From contig CM082596.2 of NCBI GenBank assembly GCA_040954595.2, forward strand, positions 2,226,999-2,290,998: a stretch of 64,000 nt of DNA, read 5' to 3'. The notes beneath the pieces were generated by a model, which saw only the letters and a program-made list of their open reading frames with translations, ran no database searches and was not told where the DNA came from. Of this stretch, positions 61,869 through 64,000 are shown piece by piece. The translations under genes were made by a program, and so were the position numbers. Source of the stretch: Balanoglossus misakiensis (Eukaryota > Animalia > Hemichordata). Position 1 is the stretch's first letter; each line of letters opens with the position of its first letter.

Positions 61869-63558
61869 AAAGAGACACACAGAGGGCCAGACACGGGAAG
61901 AACAGGCACCGAAGAAGAATTTGCACCAACATGTGAAATTCTAATTCGAAATTCTATTATTCTCTGTAGTAAATAAAAACTAGCCCTCATCTACTGCTGT
62001 CAATCAAACTTTGCAGCCAACATCAACACACATACCGATTAGAACATTTGTTATTGGAATATTTATGATCAAATCCCTCTAGTCCACATTCTTGAGATAG
62101 AAACCTAGACATCTTGCAATGGTATGAGTTCTGAGGACCAGTCACTGCACAGTTGGTATTAGATATTGCAGTGACTCAAAACTGAATCATTAAAATAGTT
62201 CTGCATCCAGGAAGGTTGGCCGCACATCTGGTTCTCTGTCCGATATGGATACTCGGTTAACAGAGGTCGAGCGTCATAGCTGTGTGGTGATAGGCAGGAC
62301 GCCCACATACGGTGAGCAGAGAGAAAGGTCACCCTATGTCGTTCCCATGGCAGTGACTCAGATATACGGTTTGAGTGTCTGCCTACTCTTCCGAACACAT
62401 TTCTATCGTTTTATACCCTGTTCTGATATACCCTGATTTGGCGTATACCTAATTGAACGCGTGTATATATCAGGTTACAACGGAAACGACATGTAGGGAT
62501 TGTTGGGTCCCCTGTTAAGGGTCATCGACACCTTCGCACCATCCCGTAATGCGCTGCCTAAGCCCGGAACTCGTTCCCTGGAAGGGGTTAGATGTTTAAC
62601 TAATTTCCAGCATTCTCCATTTCGATAAGGCGAAAACTAGAAAACTGAACATGATCAGTTTGTGTGTGCGAGGTCGCCCTCTACATTCGAGCAAGGTAGA
62701 ACATACTAGTATATAGCACAGATCAATTTCCATAAAATACGAGAACACCTTTAAATGAAGAACTCGCTTCCAATTACGCAAACATCCTCTCAAACCTCAT
62801 TAAAGACTTACAATGATGAGGCATCCTTGGGAACACGTTTCTTTTCCCCTTTTGTGTCCAAAAACAGACACATCGGAGGAAATGAGGCAGTAATTATAAT
62901 ATATACGTCCTTGTACGCTGCTTCATTTAAAAGACAGGATATTTTTCCCAGTCGAATCACGACTCAGTGCCGGCGTTAATGCATCCTTCACAACGATGAT
63001 GAATATTGATTTTACACCTCACGCAGGACAATTATTATTTTAAGCTATTGTTACCATCAAGAACGCCCCTTCCATCATATATCCTGTTTTTGAAGAGGGT
63101 ATTTAGTTCGATCGCTTTTGCCTCTTTGTCTGTTGTTTTACAGTCGGAGGGATTACATTTCAATATAATAAATGCTGCAAATACGGCGGTTACTGCAAGT
63201 CAAGTATATTGGTCACGTGTCTCGTTGCTTTGCGTAAAGCACAGACCTGACCGCTGCACCTGTTCTGTTCGTTGACATCGCTAGCCACCATTTATCTTAT
63301 TGTCCCGTTTCTCCGCGAGATATTTGCCAAACTGAATTTTGCTGCTTTGCGTACGGCTTGCTGCAAGTTGACGAACCAGCGACGGAAATCGGAAGGTCTT
63401 CGTTCTGCGCACGATCGCGTCGACCATGGACGGCCCATCCGTATAGTATAGCATCACTCCACACAAGCACTGACGTATGCATGTATCGACCGCAGGGAAA
63501 TACGACTAGAGCATTCTCCCTCTGACCACAGACAAAAAACACTGCACCCTCGCTCAAA

Positions 63559-63670
63559 ATGCACAAAAGCTACTCCAAAGAGCTGAAGGAGAAGAAACTG
63601 AGGCTAAAATACGGCGTGGATCTTCCTCATTCAAGATCAGACCACACATCCACGTCGAGCGAACATTCAG
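63559..63670 (+). CDS. Probable first coding exon of an unidentified gene continuing beyond the window
   Basis: caaaATG context and an open frame MHKSYSKELKEKKLRLKYGVDLPHSRSDHTSTSSEHS, ending at a perfect CAG|GTAAGT donor. The upstream region is CpG-rich. Confidence 0.55.
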
Positions 63671-64000
63671 GTAAGTAGACCTGCAACAGACCAACGCATA
63701 AAGACAGGGTTTCACAATCTGTGATTGCCTATACCGAGCTATTTGAAAACAACCTGTTATGCAGCGCTTTAATACCGTCAGTTTGCGTTACTGTGCTGAA
63801 GCTATTAAATATTTTTAAAATATAAAAAATGTAGCTTATGACATACAGTTCTTTTGAAAATACGAGGTCAAATGCACAGCAATAAACGATAGGATTTTGT
63901 CATAAATTACTGTATATTTTATAGGGCACTATAGCTGTTTTCGCGCCGATGTGCCACGTTGAACAGCGTCTTTATACGAGGCTGACAAAGCCATGATGTA

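Noticed and set aside
1-64000. tRNA, rRNA, autonomous transposon or prokaryotic system
   Set aside because: No cloverleaf or rRNA signature, and no transposase or reverse-transcriptase ORF was seen. The gene structure is entirely spliceosomal.

Overview
Eukaryotic, AT-rich, intron-rich animal DNA from an invertebrate, plausibly a marine deuterostome. The organism is inferred from the i-type lysozymes, the two-DED caspase-8, the vertebrate-like multiplexin exon layout and TACATGTA enrichment. By reading splice sites and frame phases by hand I reconstructed five spliced genes and the start of a sixth. (1-2) Two tandem invertebrate-type lysozymes on + (<1-1060 and 1989-3024), acidic and with extra cysteines. 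(3) A caspase-8-like gene on + (4322-6686, 5 coding exons, 570 aa, QACQG) with kappaB sites upstream. (4) A complete collagen XV/XVIII (multiplexin) gene on - (55529-10316, 43 coding exons, about 1507 aa, 25-kb second intron, one GC-AG intron, several microexons). (5) A 3-exon PH-domain gene on - (60386-58541, 259 aa) with an ITAM-like tail. (6) The first coding exon of an unidentified + strand gene (63559-63670). The introns hold a small palindromic MITE-like family and several motif clusters. I found no rRNA, tRNA, CRISPR array or autonomous transposon. The best candidates for novelty are the soluble PH/ITAM-like adaptor, the caspase-8 with an altered DED2 FL patch next to the lysozymes, and a duplicated E-box-N9-CCAAT module inside the collagen gene. 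All are hypotheses from sequence alone, and no database searches were run.
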